Shown one piece after another: positions 1-13,639 of a stretch of DNA of 64,000 bases. The stretch is from Octopus sinensis. Its lineage: Eukaryota. The notes beneath the pieces were generated by a model. That model was not told the DNA's origin and did not search any database. It was given only the letters and a program-made list of their open reading frames with translations. Every line of letters begins with the position of its first letter. Positions within the stretch are counted from its first letter, which is position 1. The stretch is from assembly GCF_006345805.1 (NCBI RefSeq), contig NC_043007.1:4154001-4218000 (forward strand). The letters run 5' to 3'. The translations under genes and the position numbers were made by a program.

Positions 1-399
1 TGATAAACACAGAACTAAAAATCTCTACAACTTCACAATCTCTGATGTTCTTCCATAGCAACCATATTGCTATAACTTATTCAAAACTCTTTCTGGAAGT
101 AAATGTGTTCTCTTGGGGCCAGATATTATTTCAGCTTTAAACAATTAAATCTCTTCAAGACATACATGTTGCATGCTAGAATACTGTTCATGTATCTTGG
201 ACGGTGCATCTGCTACATGCACTCATTCGATCATTTCATTAAGAAAGGACTCTTCTACTTGACTGCAACCACTGGTACACCAACTTTTTCTGAACTTAAA
301 AGCTGTTTATCATCCCTTTCTAAAGTGGAAGTCAATGTTGATATCAATAATGATTGATGATGATGATTATGATATTAACATTGACATTTCACTGTATAT

Positions 400-2180
400 T
401 AAAATGAAATAAAAAAAGAAAAAGAATATAGAAGGAATGAGTTAAATAAATGGGCAAATGTAAATAGAAATGGGAAAAAAAGTGTGAGAGTAGAAAATAG
501 GGAAGGTGAAAGGAAATAATTCATATAAGCATTCAAGACAAAAGGAGACAGATAAAAAGGAAGAACATGTCTAGATGTGAAAATTAGGATTAAATCAATG
601 ACAATTAACAATAAAGTAAAAAAAAAAAAAAATTTTGGTGGCCACAGAAACTAATAAATATTGACTGAGAGTAGAGTCTGAAAAAAAAGAAAATTATGGG
701 AAATTCCCAAACTAGAGAGATGAATGGAGATCAACAGATAAATTTTTCTTTTTAAGATGAAAACAAATGTGATATTAGAAGCTATGAGTAGAGTCAAGAA
801 AAACAAGAGAATGTCTTTTGGGAGATTAAGGAAAGTATAACAAAGATTGAGAATGATAATTAAAAAAAAAAAAAAAGAATGTATGACACGGTATTAAAAG
901 TGAAGGACAGTTTAGAAATTTTCTTTTAAATGATTTGGAAGGAAACCAGAAACATGATGAATGGTAAGGGTACTTGGAAAAGAAGGGTTGCAGTTGGAAC
1001 AGATAAAATGAAGGACTGTTAAAAGAATTGAAAGAATATTTTAAGAAATCAGGGAGTTTGAGATGGAGGATAGCAAACAGTAAATAAATGATTGGTGATA
1101 GAAGACAAGGTAGAAACATATACTTAAGTTTCAGAAAAAAGTGATGAAATCTGAATTAGATTGAAATTAAGTATAAGTTACATAAATAAAGGATGGAATC
1201 AGAAAAATAAAATGGAAGGCAAGTAAAGAGAGAGTAGATGAAAGGGAAAGGTATGGAAGATAAAGTGGAAAATGAATAGAAATAGGAATCAGAAATTAGG
1301 TAGATAAATTGGGAAGAGTGACTGATTCAGTTTTAAAAAATCTGACAGTAACAGAAGAGGTAGAAACATGGAGTAAAATTGAAGAAAAAAAGGAAAAGAG
1401 AAAGCAAAGAAAATGAAAGGAAAGCAGAGAAAGGAGTATGTAAATGGGGTAAGAGCAAATCAAAACTGTAATGAGTAAAAACAGCAATAGAAGACGGAGT
1501 AGAATTTGAGATTGGAGAAAAGAAAACTGAAAGAATTTGGATAGAGATCAAGAACATGGTAGATAAAATGGAGAAGAGGGAATGGAAAAGTATTTTTAAA
1601 AATTGGATAGCAATCAAAGATAGGGTAGAAAAATGGTGTATACATGTGTGTGTGTGTGTGTGTGTGTGCATATATGTGTATATACATACGTGTGTATGTG
1701 TGTGCACACACATAGAGTGAAAGAGATGGAGAAAGAGTTGAAGAAGAAAAGAAAAAACTGGATTAATAATTTTAAAAAATGAATAAGATTGAGAAAATTT
1801 TGAAGGATAAGAAATAAAGAAGGGTAAAATAGAAAATATTGAATTATAGGCAATATTTTTAGTGGCAAGAAATAAAAATAATGGAGTTGGGGAATGGAAG
1901 GTGGTTGATAAAGAAAAAAAAGAAAGTAAAAGCAAAATCAACTCTAGTTATTCTAAATGGTTAAGTAAATTTAAGGTAAAAGATGAAAACATGAAGGATG
2001 AAAGAGAGAATTCTGCGGATAGACAAAGAAAAAGTTATGATAGAGTAGGAAAAGGTAAAAGGTACAAAGCTAAAATAGAATTAGATAGACGATGGCTAAA
2101 AAGAGCACAAAAAGAAAAAAGAGGGTAGATTCAGTGTACGAGAATCGAAAACTGAGTGCAAAGAACTAAGAATAAATGGG

Positions 2181-2224
<44 letters not shown>

Positions 2225-2750
2225 ACATGCGCTCTTGTTCACGCATGTGCACACAATCTTTTCTCTCGTACACACACATATACTTACATGCTTACGTATG
2301 AGAGGGAGCAGAATATGTGAGGAGGGGGAAGAGAGGAGGTGAAAATGTGAGAGACAGAGAGAGTGTATGGGTGCATAAAAACATGGAAAGAAAGGGGAGA
2401 TGTTAAAGAAGAGGAGGAAGAGGAGAAAGGGAGAATAATATAAGCATGAGGAGAAATACAGAGAGAAATTGAGAGGGAGAGAGAGAGATTGAGCAGGAAA
2501 GACATGTCTAGAAAGGTACCATGTTGACAACAAGTAAACTTAGAAGAAGAATAAGGAAGAAATGGAAAAAATAGGGGTAGTTGTGGGATGAGGAGGAGTA
2601 AGAAGGGAACGAAGAGCAGTGGTAGGAGGAAGAGAAAGAACTGAAGTAAAATGGAAGATGAAGGAATTTGGAACAGTAGTTGTAAGAAGAGGATGAGAAT
2701 GAAAAGTGAGAAAGGAGAGGAGCAAGGAGAGCAAGATTAATCATTTTAAG
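400..2750 (+). other. Strongly purine-skewed (A/G-rich) degenerate segment, possibly a very old LINE remnant
   Basis: About 2.3 kb dominated by A/G on + strand, interrupted by (TG)n; no intact ORF; minus-strand ORFs are F/L/S-rich artefacts of the skew. Confidence 0.3.
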
Positions 2751-3214
2751 AGGTGCAAGAATTATGGTGCTTGTGTAGGTGGTTGTTTAGCCCTGGTCTA
2801 GCAGACTTGTGATCAAAGGTTTTCCAGGCATGACTATCACATCTCTTTTCTAGGCAGTTCTAATACTTCCTTATTTATTGTGTCCTCTTCTGATTTGGTA
2901 TGATGTGAGATAGATTTGCCTGTCGTTTCTAGTATGACACCCATATAGAGGTCCCCTGGTAGTGGTGGTATTAGTCAGGGGAGCAATAGGTGTAAAGACA
3001 GTCCAGTATTAGTTGTTTAGCCCCAGGTCAGCTCTATGATTAAAAAGAACTGGAATCAAAGCCATTTTAGCTGTGATCTCTTTTTTGGACTACATTCTCC
3101 ACTGTGATGTTTCCTTACTTAAGATTTAAGGGAATTTGGTTGCTATTTCTTGCTGCATTGAAGTTTCTTTGTTGGGTTATTGTTGTAATTTAGAGAAGAA
3201 TAGGGTGTTGACCT

Positions 3215-3380
3215 GGCAGAATCGTTAGCACACCAGACCAGCCAAAATGCTTAGCGGTATTTTGTCCATTGTTACATTGAGTTCAAATTTTGCCGAGGTC
3301 GACTTTGCCTTTCATCCTTTTGGGGTTGATTAAATAAGTACCAGTTACACACTGGGGTCGATGTAATCGACTTAATCCTT
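3215..3380 (+). mobile_element. tRNA-derived SINE, family B
   Basis: ctggcagaatcgttagca...tgagttcaaatt (B-box-like)...aagtaccag; homologous copies at 38260 and 52960. Confidence 0.6.
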
Positions 3381-5629
3381 ATGTCTATCCTTGTTTGTTT
3401 CCTTTATGTTTATCCCTCTGTGAACAATAAAGAAATAGATTTAGAAAAAAGGTTATCGATGGAAGAATATCTTTTTTGCTTAATGTTTCATTCAATTTAA
3501 TCTCTTTTATTTCACTGATTTCAAAATACCTGATAAAAGTAGTAGCGATTGTGTTGGTTGTTGTTGAAGTGGTGCTCATGATACAAAGTTGTTATTGTTG
3601 TGATGGTAGTAGTGACTGTGGTACAAGTTTTTGTAGGAGTGGTGGTTATGGTAGAAATTGTGGTGATGATGGTAATTTTGGTAGAACTTTTGTGGTCGTG
3701 GTGACTATAGTACAAGTTGTGGTGGTAGTAACAATTGAGTTTAGCAAATAGAGTTGTTTAGAAGAAGATGCAGACTTAGTGGTAGTAATGTCTGCTATTT
3801 TCATACCTAAAGCTTCTCCCATCCCAGTCCAGTGTTCTAAGAAACTAGTGGTGGTCCTCATTGGCAAAAAAAGGAAAAAAAACTAATAAATTTCAGAGCC
3901 TTGTCTATAATGTCAGAACACCCTCACCTCTCTCTCTCTCTCTCTGGCACATAAGATTATATTATTTAACAAATTTTTATCTTTCAACTGACCAAAGTAG
4001 AGAAACAAGTATTAGAAATAATTATTGAAAGCAAGAATAAATTTGTCAAAAAATAACAGCAATGCTAATAATAATCCCCAAATCAATATCTAAATTATAC
4101 ACTGTTGTTGTATTGGTGTGACACAGAGCCTGTTGGTAAGAAGAAGCTCTTCTGAAGATTTTGACTCTAACGTGTGTTCTTAAGCAATGTAAACTTTGTG
4201 GAGAGCTTCTTTGAATTTCATCTCTCAAATATAAAAATGAAACGGTTGTGTGTATATGGCATTGGACTACTAATACCTAGGTTCTGAGTTTGTGTCCAAT
4301 ATAAGACTTTCGATATGCATTTTGCACAGTGTCATCAATGATAAAAGTTGCTTAACTATAAAAATAAAGCAGTTATATGCCTTACATTTGCTTTCAGAAT
4401 CATGTCAGCTACAGTTGCTGATGGTATATGTGTCTTTTAAATTTATTAAAGGATAATAGCTGGAACTATCTTGATTACAGGTAGTTTTATCAATTCAAAA
4501 CTTACCAATCACTGAATCCAAATAGACAAGATAGCTACAATAAATAAATGTGATATTCCATTTAAATCACTTTGATGTAGTATGAGTTTAAATATTTAAT
4601 AACAACTGTTAGTCTCAATCTTTATCCTAACAAACTAGAACTTCTGTTCCAGCATATTGGGCCTAACATAACAGACATTATATGAGATTGTAGAACTTTG
4701 GATGATACTTTTGAAAATTATAATGGTTTGAAGAATCTTATGTAAAACTGCTTAAGGGAATATATGCCAGACATGGTTTTTAAAAACCTATTGAAAACAT
4801 GGATGCATTTTTAGAGAATTTAATCAGATAAGCTATAAGAGCTGAAGAAAATAAACTATCATTTATGAGAGATTTTATTTTTATTTGTGAAATATGTTCA
4901 ATTAGAATCAGGACCAAACTCCTAGAGGATGAAACCAAAAGTTTAGGACTGCAAAACAAGCATAATTTAATTCAGTCACATCAAATGTCTGTTGCTTCTG
5001 TTGGACCCTCTATTGTTAAGAAAGAACATTTTTAAATGATAATTTTGAGCAAGCTGATCCAGTCAACCCTAAAACTTGGACAATGTATATTTTCTGTGGT
5101 TACTATTTTTCTGTGGTAACCTGTGTCCCATGTCCAGCTAAAACTGCTGATTGCCAAAAGTATAAAAGAGTAGGACATTGGCCTTCCATCTTCTAATCTA
5201 GTTGTCATGTTGTTTCTGTCCTAGAGTTTAATGCATTTTTGTACTTTTTCTATGGCTTCTCAGAATACCACCCATGGTCGCTTGTCTAACTAAATCTACT
5301 TACTACTTGTTGAAAGTATAAAAGTGTAGGTCACTGGTGGCCGCACCTATCCCCTGCACAGTCTAAAGCATTTTCTTTGGTTATTCAATTTGGATCTATT
5401 TCTCTGATAACCGTATGTTAACCCTCTTCCTTCCATAATAACTGCATAAACTAATAAAAGGGCAGTCAAAAAGTCATAGACGTAGGCTCCTTATGAAAAT
5501 TTAATCTGTTATAAACTGGCTTATAAGTTCCCACATGGAAATATCTTCAAAAACAGGTAAAGTCTCCATGGCTAATTCTGAACTAACAGCTTGAATCCTC
5601 CTCCGCTTCCTCCTCTGTTGCTTTTCTTT

Positions 5630-5770
5630 GCTTGCATGGGTTAGAGAGGTCCTTTCTAACACAGTGTCTTGCTCTTTGCTGCATTGTTTGTCATCCCCTT
5701 TCTGAGGTTCAGCATCTTAAGATCAGCTTTCACCATTTCTGCCCATGTCTTTGTTGGCCTTCCTCTTCCA
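5630..5770 (-). mobile_element. RTE-clade LINE 3' end remnant
   Basis: Minus strand reads GRGRP.(frameshift)TWAEMVKADLKMLNL, typical RTE ORF C-terminus. Confidence 0.5.
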
Positions 5771-6499
5771 CACTTTCATGAAATTCACTGAGTCCATTAT
5801 AAGACTTGTAAAAATATAACTGTCACAGGATGAAATTTGCTGATGTGATACAGTGATCATTTGTGTACATTGTGAATGTAGTTTTTACCTGGTGTTGTTG
5901 GTATTTACCTGTTGTCAGGGTCATTTTTCACTTGGCAAGATATGTTCAATTCAGGCAACTTGATTACACATAGGTGTTCTTACATTTGTATTTTTAAGAT
6001 ATTGATTCTTAAGCATCGATTTCCTGCCTTAGAGATGAATTTGTGTTTCAGTTAGTCTCTGTAACTTGGGAGCTGCACAACACTTCTTAAGAAAGAAGCA
6101 TTCCAAGATATACTTTCATCTCCTCCATTCAAAAGTTTTGAAAAGGCTAAAAAAAATTAGTGTTCGTTACTTTTATCAAAATAATTATGTTCTCCTCATA
6201 CACTCTCTTGAATACAGAGACCTTCCACTTAAAATATATCAGTATATTAATGCTTTGCTTTTAAAATTTATCATTCATTAATGAAGACATTGATACAATA
6301 TCAACTTCATGATAACTCCACTCTTGCTTAGAAACAATAAATCCAAAGATCACTTGGAGAGCTCGTGTTTATAGATGACACTGAATGAAACATCTCTCTA
6401 ATTAAATTACCCAAGTCTAAGCTTCCTTTCTCTTATTAAATCGCTAATAAATAGAAAATGTGGATTCTATCTCACTGTTTGAGATTAACCTCTACTATG

Positions 6500-6810
6500 C
6501 TTGAGAATCACAAAAGAAGAAAAATCTGCAGAAATTCATTCGACGCAGCATGGAAGATAATACTTATCAATAGACTTCCAAATGTGTTTGAAATGTGGGT
6601 GTTCAAGAGAATGTTATGAAATTCTTACAAGGAGCATGAGACAAAGGAATGGTGTTGCAACAATTAAGTGAAAGACAACAACTCTTGAATATTGTGAAGA
6701 AAACAAAGCTCATCTATTATGGCCAAATTTGAAGAAGCAGAAGTTAGGAAAATATTATTGTGGAAGGAAGAGTAGAGAGGAGCAGATCAAGTGGCAGCCG
6801 AAGGACACAA
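6500..6810 (+). mobile_element. Decayed RTE-clade LINE fragment
   Basis: FEMWVFKRML*..YKEHET...QLLNIVKK resembles the RTE post-RT motif AFEMWCxRRML. Confidence 0.45.
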
Positions 6811-6913
6811 TGGATGGATACTATCATGAGCTGGTTGGACAAGAGTACCAAGGCAGCTGGAGAGTTCATGTTTAATCATAAAAACTTTCAATGTAGTGCC
6901 ATAAATACACTGT

Positions 6914-7322
6914 AGGTGCAGGAGTGGCTGTGTGGTAAGTAGCTTGCTAACCAAATACATGATTCCGGGTTCAGTCCCACTGCGTGGCATCTTGGGCCAG
7001 TGCCTTCTGCTATAGCCCCGGGCCGACCAATGCCTTGTGAGTGGATTTGGTAGACGGAAACTGAAAGAAGCCTGTCGTATATATGTATATATATGTGTGT
7101 GTGTGTGTGTTTGTATGTCTGTGTTTGTCTCCCTAGCATTGCTTGACAACCGATGCTGGTGTGTTTACGTCCCTGTAACTTAGCAGTTCGGTAAGAGACC
7201 GATAGAATAAGTACTGGGCTTACAAAGAATAAGTCCCGGGATTGATTTGCTCGACTAAAGGCGGTGCTCCAGCATGGCCGCAGTCAAATGACTGAAACAA
7301 GTAAAAGAGTAAGAGTAAGAGT
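6914..7322 (+). mobile_element. Full-length tRNA/CORE-like SINE, family A
   Basis: tRNA-like head (ggctgtgtggtaag...gggttcagtccc), CORE-like cttggg..agtg, internal (TA)/(TG) tract, tail gctccagcatggccgcagtcaaatgactgaaac plus (aagagt)n; several copies in window. Confidence 0.85.
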
Positions 7323-8040
7323 ATGATGATGATGATGATGATACTTTCAAAGTTTCCTTATTCTTATAATTTCTATGTATACGATGATTGTCTTGTTTGT
7401 CGTTTGCCTAGCCATGTCATGATTCAAGCATTTCTTTTAGAAAGTGACTAACTTGTCTTTTCTTTGTTTTGGAATTGCCATCATTATTCATTGAGATTAC
7501 GGAAAAGTATCCTTTGTGTCTCCTGTGTTGAAACAATTCTTGAACAATCTTGATATTTCTACAAGATGTATGGCCCATATTATCTCTAGAGAACTCAAAG
7601 AAACATCGTGGGATAATCTGGAACCATATAAAGTTAGCCTTTCTAAATAAAACTATGCTTCACAATGAGAGGCCATGTTGATGGATACTTTACGTGTTAT
7701 ACAATTTTTCCTATAAACAACAACCAGAGAAACATCTCGTGAAATGCTCTTTGAATTTTGTAGAGAAACTCCCACTTGACCATCTCTTCCTACTTGGTTT
7801 CACACTCCTGGTATGGCTTAATCTATGTCATCATGTATGTAAGTCAAAATTTAAATCACTAGAGGAACCTCTAAAACACCTAGGGGTTAATTACAAATAC
7901 ATTCCTGTTAGCTTTGTAAACGACTGGGGCAACATGGTTTCTGTGAGTGCTGTAGCTCTTTGTAGATGCAATGACTGCCATACTCTTCCACTTATTCTTT
8001 GAATGACCACTATGAACTGAAGTGTAAACAGGTCAGCTGT

Positions 8041-8138
8041 GTACATTATTTACATTATTTACATTTGATGGATGTTTGTCCACATCTTGTTTGTTGTTAA
8101 CAGGTTTTGGCTGATATACTTCCACCTTCATCAGGTGT
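8041..8138 (-). ncRNA. Degenerate hammerhead-ribozyme-bearing repeat (Penelope-like pLTR type), minus copy
   Basis: Minus: ACAC-CTGATGA-AGGTGGAAGTATATCAGCC-AAAAC-CTGTT then aacaacaaacaagatg...(tgtaaataa)n; G12 mutated to A. Confidence 0.55.
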
Positions 8139-8224
8139 CTTGGGGAAATTTTGAAACTGGGTTCTCATTGCTAAGGTATTTTTCTATGTTGTTGTCATCA
8201 TCATCATCATCATCATCATTCAGG

Positions 8225-8295
8225 TCAATGCCTGGAATCGAACTCGGAATCTTGGGGTTAGTAGCCCGCGCTCTTAACCACTATGCCATATGTCC
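8225..8295 (-). mobile_element. tRNA-derived SINE head
   Basis: Minus: ggcatagtggttaagagcgcggg...gagttcgattccagg (A and B boxes) followed by a (GAT)n tail; no complete acceptor stem. Confidence 0.6.
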
Positions 8296-8379
8296 ATGGT
8301 TCAAAATTTCCCCAGGTTCGAAATTTCCCATCTCTTCCCACTTGGCTTCACACACCTGGTATGGCTTAATCTATGTCAT

Positions 8380-8510
8380 CTGATGAAGGCTGGAGGGTAT
8401 ATCAGCCGAAAGATGTTAACAACAAGCAAGATGAGGATAAATATCTGTCAAATGTAAATAATGTAAATAATGTAAATAATTCCTCATCTCTTACATATAG
8501 AACTGTATCA
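8380..8510 (+). ncRNA. Degenerate hammerhead-ribozyme-bearing repeat, plus copy (inverted partner of 8041-8138)
   Basis: CTGATGA-A-GGCTG-gagggtatat-CAGCC-GAAA; stem II intact, stem III eroded; same downstream sequence as the minus copy. Confidence 0.6.
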
Positions 8511-10266
8511 GGTTAGCTGTGCTTTAAGAAATCACAATATTGGTTGAAACTATTTTGTTCTTACTGCTACACATCGGACTATATCTGATAGGCCTAATTC
8601 CGCTTTGGACAATTCTAAATGTGTACCACTTCAGAGATCAAAAAGAATTTGTAAATCAGGTGCAACATTTACAGTTGTAAATTTTATTTTTAAGATGTAA
8701 TTTAATTTTGTTTTTATTGGTTACATTATATCACTTGTATAACCAATGTCAATTTGAAAATTGAAATGTTTAATATTGTAATTATTGTAAAAATAAACGA
8801 ACAGTTTTAATGTTTTAATGTACTTTATAAAATGGTAATGATGTATGACAAATTCATTTATATGTATACAACATTAGTAACAATTTATAAAATGAAGGAA
8901 AATGTTATAAGAGCTACATATTTATTAAAAAAGAACACACTCATGTCCCTTATATCATCTTCTGGTAGGATACCCATTATTATGGCTGTTGATGATATAT
9001 GCCTTTTAAATTGATTAAAGGGCAAACAGTACACTTAATTCTATATGGTTTATATTTATTTTAGTTGTTTTATATGGCATTTTGTAAATAATATCATTGT
9101 TTGTTATAGATTTCTACTGGGAAATCAACGATCCAGTGTGTTTATAATGGTGAGAATTAAAAGGGATCTCCTGTGCAACTTGGGCAGTACAAATACAAAT
9201 ACTACAAGATATATTTTAAAGTGCATGTTTATCATTTTCGTCATGGCTTCTGAATCCACAACCATGCTCATGCTCTGATAAACTTAGCTGTCAAGAATAG
9301 AGACCAGAACGTTTGTGTGTGTTATCTGGGATAGATTGATATCTAGGACATATAGCTCATATGCTTAACACCATGAAATTGGTATTAGCACAAGAAGTAA
9401 GGAAACATATTTTATAACTGTTGAATGAATTGAACTAAAAATTGTGAAAACAGTAACAAAAAAATTCTTTTGGTAGTTGTTGATTAAGAAGCTTATTACC
9501 TGCTTCAGCTGAGTGGTACCTAACTAAAATGCTTGTTTACAACCAGGTGACTGCACCATTCAGAGTTGTTGTTGTTGTTGTTGTTGTCTAGCCTGAGGAT
9601 AGTTCTGATTGAACAACACTTTGATCAAGCATGAATATATCTTATTTTTTCAAACAAGTGTATCTAGGACTACAATGTCTGATGTGCTCATCCATTCTTT
9701 TAAGACAGCAAATTATAACCTTTTATAAGATAAGTATCCATATTTGAACCGAAATCATTTTACGTCTGTTTTATACGCTGGCACAAGCTGCTCTGCTCAA
9801 CAAGATCTAGTTGTCGTTCTCCTACCTGTTAGATCTTGCTTAACCAACCAGCCAGTGCTAACATGGGAAATGGGCATATAAAGGTGATAATAATGATGAT
9901 GATGATGATTATGATGGTGGTGGTGGTGGTGTGGTGTGGTGTGGTGTGATGTGATGTGGTGTGATATGATGTGATGTGATATGATGATGATGAGGATATG
10001 TAATGTGAGACCTAGTGTTTGTACAGTTTTTGGTGAGCTTTTTGTAAGTTACAAGTTATCCCCGAGTAGAGAGAACATATTGTTAATACTGTTTCCTTTG
10101 TATGTATTTTGAAACTGTGTTTATCTGATTAAGAGACAAGCTTGTTATGTCTCCTACGCTAAATATCTCAGTAAATTTATCTGAATGTAAATATTTCCAG
10201 TTTTTCATTGAGAAAGAAAGAAATCTCAGCTTTTTGAAAAAAAATATTGAGTTTAAGCAAATATGG

Positions 10267-10470
10267 AAAACTGAATGTCAAATATCTATCTATCTATCTA
10301 TCTGTCTATCTGTCTGTCTATCTGTCTGTCTATTGTCTATCTATCTATCCATCCATCCATCCATCCATCCGTCTGTCTGTCTGTCTGTCTATCTATAAGT
10401 CTGTCTGTCCGTCTATCTATTGTCTGTCTGCCTGTTCATCTGTCCATCTGTCCATCCGTCTGTCTTTCCA
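10267..10470. repeat. Compound tetranucleotide microsatellite (ATCT/GTCT/ATCC)
   Basis: Direct reading. Confidence 0.9.
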
Positions 10471-10680
10471 TCCATTCTCTCCCCACACCTGTCTCTGCAG
10501 TTTGGAGCAGACCTTCTTTACAAAATACTATTTATATCTTAAATCTATAGATTGACTGGTGTAGTTAGTCAAGATTCTTCCAAAATTGACGTGATTCTTT
10601 ACGTCCACTGATTGACCTTAAGAGTTTACTGTAATTACCCTCACGATAGTTTCTTTCCGATACTTTACCTGACATAACTC

Positions 10681-10785
10681 ATCTCTCTCTCTTTCTTCCT
10701 CTCTCTCTCTCTCTCTCTCTTTCTTCCTCTCTCTCTCTCTTTCTTCCTCTCTCTCTCTCTCTTTCTTCCTCTCTCTCTCTCTCTC
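10681..10785. repeat. (CT)n with periodic ttcttcc interruptions
   Basis: Direct reading. Confidence 0.9.
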
Positions 10786-11369
10786 ACTGAGTAACTGCTT
10801 TTTCTGATTGCATTCCTTTCTTTCATCTCTCCTGTATCTGCTACACATCTATCTTGATCTACTAGTAATTCACCTACCTGTCCGCTTCCTCGCTCAATCC
10901 CGCCTACCTACACATCCACCGAATTGTGTCTTATCCCCAAACCTTGGTCTGAACAGTTTGCTAATACCTGTATCTTCAACGTTCCGGATACACTCTGTGC
11001 ATCCTGACAATATATATAACAGTCCCATCTTTCTTTTTGTAAATCTATCTCTGTTTCCTGTCTCATGTTGGAGAGAAATGGTGGAAAGTAGGAGAGGAAA
11101 AGAAAAAATATATATCACAGCTCGTGAGCTGAAACTAGATAAAATAAAATAAAAATAAAATAAATAAAGGGAAAATGAAAAGTGAGAAGAGAAGGAGAGT
11201 GTGAAACAGAAGTGAATGATGGATGGGGGAGAGTGAGAGAGAAGGAAAGAGAGAGGAGAGAGGGAGAGAGAAATGGCTTATGAATGGAGGTATAGAGGGA
11301 GAAAAAAGGAAGAAAAACAATAAAAACAAATCAGAGAAGGAAAGCTAGTGAAGAATAAAGAAAGAGTAT

Positions 11370-11401
<32 letters not shown>

Positions 11402-12370
11402 ATGTCAAGAAATAGAGAGAGAGAGAGAGAGAGAGGGAGGGAGAGAGGAGGACAAAAAGAATGAAGAGACTCAATCCAGAGACATATTTCCTATTTCCTG
11501 TTGACACAAAAATCCTAACCAAACGGCAAGACCATTACAAAAGTACATGCAAGAATAATTCCTTTGGGAGTAGATTCTGCAATTCTTCTGATATATTCTT
11601 GAGGATTAAAGATACATTTGCCAAGCTGATCAACTGAGGGACAAAACTCCATTTATACTCAGCCAACAGTGTACAAGGCTTTTTCTCTACTTTAAAAAAA
11701 TTTTTTTTTTTACATTTTTTCCCTTTATTTCCTTTGTAAGTAGGCATTTACTGTGCCATTAGAGAATTAATACTGGACATTTACCCATATTTGATTCTGG
11801 AGAAAAAGAAGAGGAAAAAAAATCCAGTAACTATCCATGGTTCTTAGATATTGTTTGATTGAATCCTTGGTGATTCTATAAATCTGTTTGTTTCAGACAT
11901 TGTCAGTATGGGTTATTGATGTACTGGCAAACACCAGTTATTTCATCTGTTCACTGATGTTTGAGTTTGAGCAGTATTTCTTTTGGTTGGTTGTTATCAA
12001 TGAGTTTTATTGGTGAATTTTATAGGAATCTGACTAAAATATCTAAAAGTAGCCGTTTGAACAGCCTTTGAGAAAAATGACTTTGATAGAGGAATCAAAA
12101 AGTAAAAAAAAATATGATCTATATAATCTGAAAATAATTTGAGTTATTTTGATGTAAAATGATCAAAGATTTTATTTATATATGCCACAGGCATAGCTGT
12201 GTGGTTAAGAAGTCTACTATGCAACCATGGGATGCCGAGTTTTGTGGCGCTATGTGGATACCTTGAATTAAATGTTTTCTGCCATAGCTTCAGGTTGGTC
12301 AATAGGTTGTGAGTAAAATTTGGTAGATTATAAGTGGTGATTGTGAGTGGTGTGGTGTGGTGGTGGTGGT

Positions 12371-12422
<52 letters not shown>

Positions 12423-12619
12423 AGAGAGAAATAAAATGCAATGCATAAAAATAAATTGTGGAATTTATTCCTTGCAAGTTAAATTTCTTTACACAGAAGC
12501 TGGCTGGCATCATCACATAACTTTACCTGGCTGCCAACAGACCTCATTAGATGTTATAAGTCTCAAAGTAAGATGAAAAAAACAGCTGGACCACCGATAA
12601 AACTCCCTGGTGACTTCAA

Positions 12620-13065
12620 TCCTTCTGTGTGGGTATGAGAAGAGCTAGTCTCTTACAGCTGACATGGAGCAAAGAATCCAGGCATTTGAGTGCAAATGCT
12701 TCAGAAAGCTTCTGTGCATCCTGTGCACGGAACACAAAATGAACAACTTTGTCAGCAGCAAGCCAATAAATGCACTGGCAGACAGGAACTTCTCCTTGTG
12801 CAGGTAAGAAGACAAAAAATTGCCTGGTATGGCCACGTAACTTGCCATATTTCCCTTTCCAAAACCATCCTTCAGAGTGGAGGTCAGAAAGGAGGCAGAC
12901 AGAGAAAACCCTGGTCTGACAACATCAATGACTGGACAGGTAACATTACTGTACCCCTGCTATGCATGACTGAGAACAGGACCAGGGGTGGTGGCTGGCT
13001 GCAAAAGTGTCTTAAGGGACAACCCTGCAACTGACTGCGCCTGCTCAGGAAACTTGCTACTGATG
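12620..13065 (+). mobile_element. RTE-clade LINE 3' fragment
   Basis: RIQAFECKCFRKLL...VRRQKIAWYGHV...SLSKTILQ...GGRQRKPWSDNINDWTG, then a (GAT)n tail. Confidence 0.8.
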
Positions 13066-13079
13066 CTGATGATGATGTA

Positions 13080-13431
13080 TCATCCCATAAGTTTTGTCCA
13101 AATTTTGAATAAAGAACACAAGTGATCAAATGTTATATTTAACTGAAATTTAATCATCAATGTACTTTCCCTGATTATCTATGACTTCCTTCCATCTATT
13201 TACAAGCTTTTTAATCCCATCAATGTAAAACTCTTTTGGTTTCAAAGTGAAGAGCTCTGAAATATCAGTTTCGACCTCCTCCTGGCTTGTGAAAGTTATG
13301 TCCCCCAAATGATTCTGTAAACTATGAAACAAATGGTAGTCTGAAGGAGCAAGGTCGGGAGAATAAGGTGGATGAGGAATTTTTTCCCAACCAAGCTCTT
13401 CGATCTTGAAGAATTCCAGAAGAAATTCCAA
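13080..13431 (-). mobile_element. mariner transposase 3' fragment with terminal sequence
   Basis: ORF 13150-13431: HPPYSPDLAPSDYHLF...YIDGIKKLVNRWKEVIDNQGKYID (mariner YSPDLAP motif); TIR-like tatcatcccataagtt at about 13080. Confidence 0.9.
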
Positions 13432-13639
13432 AACCTTCAGTCAAAAGTAAACCTGTGTAAAATAAAAAAAAAGACAGGACTCTAGTACCATCTAGGAAAT
13501 AGCTATGCTTGATATACAGAAATATATTTTTTGAAATTCCACCTGGTGTAGCAGATATAATCTTCAGAAATACAAGAGTTGTAAACTTTATATGCAATGA
13601 GGTGGTTAGCAATAGAAGTTCTAGTAAAATAAATCCTTT

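Noticed and set aside
1333-1941. 202-aa minus ORF
   Set aside because: Stop-poor antisense of the purine-rich tract
5250-5625. Zinc-knuckle/gag-like remnant on minus strand
   Set aside because: Motif incomplete, many stops
8225-8295. tRNA gene
   Set aside because: A/B boxes present but acceptor and anticodon stems are incomplete and a (GAT)n tail follows, so a SINE head
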